NCBI GenBank assembly: GCA_008501825.1
Contig: QQUA01000002.1
Coordinates: forward strand, 232,695 to 296,694
From: Planctomycetota bacterium
GTDB lineage: Bacteria; Planctomycetota; UBA1135
Direction: 5' to 3'
DNA length: 64,000 nt
Below are positions 61,786 to 64,000 of this stretch, piece after piece (position 1 is the first letter of the stretch; every line of letters starts with the position of its first letter). Under the pieces are notes generated by a model that was given only the letters and a program-made list of their open reading frames with translations, searched no databases and was not told where the DNA came from. The position numbers and the translations under genes were made by a program.

Positions 61786-63164
61786 GCCAGCTCCGAATGG
61801 GAAGCCAAGGCGCTTTCCAAGGCTTGGTTCAAATCTCCGATGAGATCGGCGGGATCTTCGATGCCAACGGACAACCGGACGCAACCGGGCCGGATCCCCA
61901 TGGCTTCCCTTTGGGCGGCGGTAAAGGCCGCATGAGAAGTGTTGAAGGGAAGACTGACCAGGCTTTCGACTCCTCCCAGACTGGTGGCTTCTGTCGGCAG
62001 CTTCAATGCCTGCACCAAAGCCAAGGCCTGCTCGTCGGTGCCGTCGATTTCGAAAGTGATCATGCCCCCGACCCGGCTCAGCAAACCTTTGGCCAGGGCG
62101 AAGTCCGGGTGACTTTCCAATCCGGGAAAGAGCACTCGCCGGACTTTGGGATGAGTTTGCAGGAAGCTGGCCACTTGAAACGCGTTTCGATGGTGGGCTT
62201 CCATGCGAAGTGCCAGAGTTTTCAAACCCCGCTCCAACAGAAAACAAGCGTGAGGGTCCAGAGAACTGCCGAAGACCAACATTCGCTGCCAAATTCGGTC
62301 GACGAGTTTGCGTGATCCGATCGCTGCTCCGGCAATCAAATCCGAATGGCCGTTCAAATATTTGGAAGCGGAATGAACGACGAGGTCGGCCCCATGCTCC
62401 AAAGGACGACAGCCGATCGGCGAAACGAAGGTGGCGTCGACGACCAATCGCAGGCGATGGCGGGAAGCCAGGGCAGCCAAGGCCGGTAGATCCGCCACTT
62501 TGAGTAGAGGGTTGGAAAGCAGTTCGACGAAGATCAATTCTGTATTCGGTCGAATCGCCGCTTCCATCCCCTTCAGCTTCCGCGGATCGACGAAGCTGAC
62601 GGAGCGGCCCATGTTGGCCAACTCCTCTTGAAAAAAGTTGTAGCTGCCGCCGTATAAATCGGTCGAGGTCAGCAAATGTCCTCCCGGTTCCAATAAAGCC
62701 AGTACGGTGGCGGCGATCGCCGCCATGCCGGAACTGAACACCAGGGAGGATTCGGCGCCTTCCAAGGCGGCCAACTTTTCCTGCACCGCCCATTGGTTGG
62801 GATTGCCGTAGCGACTGTAGAGGAAACGATCCCGGGCGAAACCTTGTTCCACCGCCTGATAAGACTCCGATCCCAAAACGAAGGTGGAGTTCTGGAAGAT
62901 CGGGGTTCCCACCGCCCCGGTGGTGGCGTCTTCCATGGTTCCGGCGTGGACGCAAAGGGTGGACGCTCCCCCATTCCGGAGGTTTTCCCCCAGGGCCGGC
63001 CCAGCCAATCGCCGCCGCTGCAAACGATTGCACCAGGACGCTCCCGATCCAGGCGTTTGGGCACGAGGGTCGCCGTGAATGGAACGAGGTTGTGACTTCA
63101 TGGGCTTTGGAAGGGGCTCGACGGGACCGAGAAGAGATCTCGGATTTTTTCCAAATTTCCGCAT
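61782..63164 (-). CDS. Cys/Met-metabolism PLP enzyme (cystathionine gamma-synthase/beta-lyase/methionine gamma-lyase family)
   Basis: GAVGTPIFQNSTF, RYGNPN, SSGMAAIAA, and SASKYLNGHSDLIAG (PLP-Lys). The start is ambiguous (TTG 63173, ATG 63164, ATG 63101). Confidence 0.85.
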   Translation of the reverse strand: MRKFGKNPRSLLGPVEPLPKPMKSQPRSIHGDPRAQTPGSGASWCNRLQRRRLAGPALGENLRNGGASTLCVHAGTMEDATTGAVGTPIFQNSTFVLGSESYQAVEQGFARDRFLYSRYGNPNQWAVQEKLAALEGAESSLVFSSGMAAIAATVLALLEPGGHLLTSTDLYGGSYNFFQEELANMGRSVSFVDPRKLKGMEAAIRPNTELIFVELLSNPLLKVADLPALAALASRHRLRLVVDATFVSPIGCRPLEHGADLVVHSASKYLNGHSDLIAGAAIGSRKLVDRIWQRMLVFGSSLDPHACFLLERGLKTLALRMEAHHRNAFQVASFLQTHPKVRRVLFPGLESHPDFALAKGLLSRVGGMITFEIDGTDEQALALVQALKLPTEATSLGGVESLVSLPFNTSHAAFTAAQREAMGIRPGCVRLSVGIEDPADLIGDLNQALESALASHSELA

Positions 63165-63173
63165 GAACGTCAA

Positions 63174-63236
63174 CTTATTATTTTAAATACGAATAAAAAT
63201 CAAATCCATGCAATTACATCGAAATTTTATACTTCA
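63174..63236 (-). promoter_or_regulatory. AT-rich block upstream of the PLP-enzyme gene (probable promoter region)
   Basis: About 63 nt of strongly A/T-rich sequence (CTTATTATTTTAAATACGAATAAAAATCAAATCC...) sits in an otherwise ~60% GC context, directly 5' of the gene. No specific -35/-10 assignment is made. Confidence 0.3.
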
Positions 63237-63340
63237 GCGAGTCATCGATGAGCGCCTTAGGAGAAGATCCTTCGCCATCTGCCGAGGCCTAGGAAAACGG
63301 ACCCTCTCCTTCCGGGGCCCCCGCGCCGGAGCCGCTCCAA

Positions 63341-64000
63341 TCAGTGCCAGCCCGGAATCGGCATGCGCACCCGGTATAGCGAAGTTCCGGCGGTGACGAA
63401 GAGCCAACGCCGATCCTGGCCACCAAAGGCGCAATTGGTCGGTTTCTGCGGAATCGGAACCGCACCTAAGGCCCGGCCTTTGGCATCGAACACCTCGATG
63501 CCGGCCTTGGCGGCAACATAGACGTTCCCGGCTTGGTCCACCGCCATGCCGTCGGGCCGGCCGGTGGTTTGGGCCCAAAGCCGGCCCTCGCCCGCTTCCC
63601 CTCCGCCTTTCAAAGGAAAGATCAGGATCTCGCCGGAATCGGAGAACGCCAAGTAGAGGCGGTCCTGTTCCGGGGAGAGATGGACGCCGTTGGGTCGCCG
63701 GCTTTCCCCCCCTCGCCAAAGAGAGCGCAAGCCTTTCTCGGGATTCCAGGCGAACAGGTGGTGGCCGTCGATCTCGGCCGGACGATCGCCGCGACCGTAA
63801 GGCGGATCGGTGAAATAGAGCACGCCCTCACGACTGAGAACCAAGTCGTTCGGCGAATGAAAGCGCTTCCCCTCAAAGGAGTCGACCACCGTTTCTCGCC
63901 GCCCGCCCACCGGGCCACGGCTCACCCGGCGGCCGCCGTGTTCGCAAGCCCAGAGCATGCCCTCCCCGTCGATCCATAATCCGTTGGTTCGGGCTTCCCC
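63341..64000 (-). CDS. SMP-30/gluconolactonase/LRE-family beta-propeller protein (5' end beyond the window)
   Basis: PNDLVLSREGVLYFTDPPYG, RPNGVHLSPEQDRLYLA, PDGMAVDQAGNVYVA and NCAFGG are typical of the family. The reading frame stays open to position 64000 (..GLWIDGEGMLWACEHGG). Confidence 0.75.
   Translation of the reverse strand, partial: GEARTNGLWIDGEGMLWACEHGGRRVSRGPVGGRRETVVDSFEGKRFHSPNDLVLSREGVLYFTDPPYGRGDRPAEIDGHHLFAWNPEKGLRSLWRGGESRRPNGVHLSPEQDRLYLAFSDSGEILIFPLKGGGEAGEGRLWAQTTGRPDGMAVDQAGNVYVAAKAGIEVFDAKGRALGAVPIPQKPTNCAFGGQDRRWLFVTAGTSLYRVRMPIPGWH

Noticed and set aside
61237-63033. A 598-aa ORF in the track that would be one of the longest genes here
   Set aside because: Its first ~415 residues are Arg/Gly/Pro/Ser-rich low-complexity sequence. 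They are read in an alternate frame of the well-supported PLP-enzyme gene (61782-63164). Only the last 182 codons, from MKNGISL at ATG 61785, look like a real OsmC-family protein.
1-64000. CRISPR arrays, tRNA/rRNA genes, prophage, retron/DGR and classic defence or toxin-antitoxin modules
   Set aside because: No non-coding gap exceeds ~320 bp. I saw no regularly spaced direct repeats, no tRNA-like T-arm consensus, and no reverse transcriptase, integrase, nuclease-helicase or small toxin-antitoxin pairs among the credible ORFs.

Overview
This is a gene-dense, high-GC bacterial chromosomal segment. Hand-counted 60-nt samples range from 22/60 to 40/60 G+C, and most of the window looks near 60%. 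I call about 58 protein-coding genes. I saw no rRNA, tRNA or CRISPR array, and no non-coding gap exceeds about 320 bp. The gene content resembles a PVC-type (Planctomycetota-like) glycan-degrading heterotroph, but that taxonomic guess is inference only. It includes GH127, GH29 and GH95 glycosidases, DUF1080-type lectin-like domains, a TAT-signal Gfo/Idh/MocA oxidoreductase, an FGE/SUMF1-like protein, an FG-GAP protein, two ECF-type sigma factors, a TPR Ser/Thr kinase and a phnDCEE-type ABC transporter. Housekeeping genes include msrB, apaG, an OsmC-family gene, a trans-sulfuration PLP enzyme and an RRM RNA-binding protein. The most unusual items are: (1) a 1210-aa ORF fusing a DyP-type haem peroxidase domain to a complete glycyl-radical enzyme, with no activase in the window. 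(2) A roughly 100-aa module at the extreme C terminus of three, possibly four, unrelated secreted proteins, ending exactly 15 residues after a (W/Y)FQA(L/V)D motif. (3) A lower-GC three-gene cluster led by a 12-cysteine secreted miniprotein. (4) A translationally coupled HExxH peptidase and Ddl-like ATP-grasp pair. (5) A GH95 fucosidase with a roughly 245-aa insertion next to its catalytic SPEN loop. (6) An AT-rich IS-like insertion. Many long ORFs in the supplied track are antisense or alternate-frame artefacts of high GC and were not called. All family assignments come from motif recognition by eye, with no database search.
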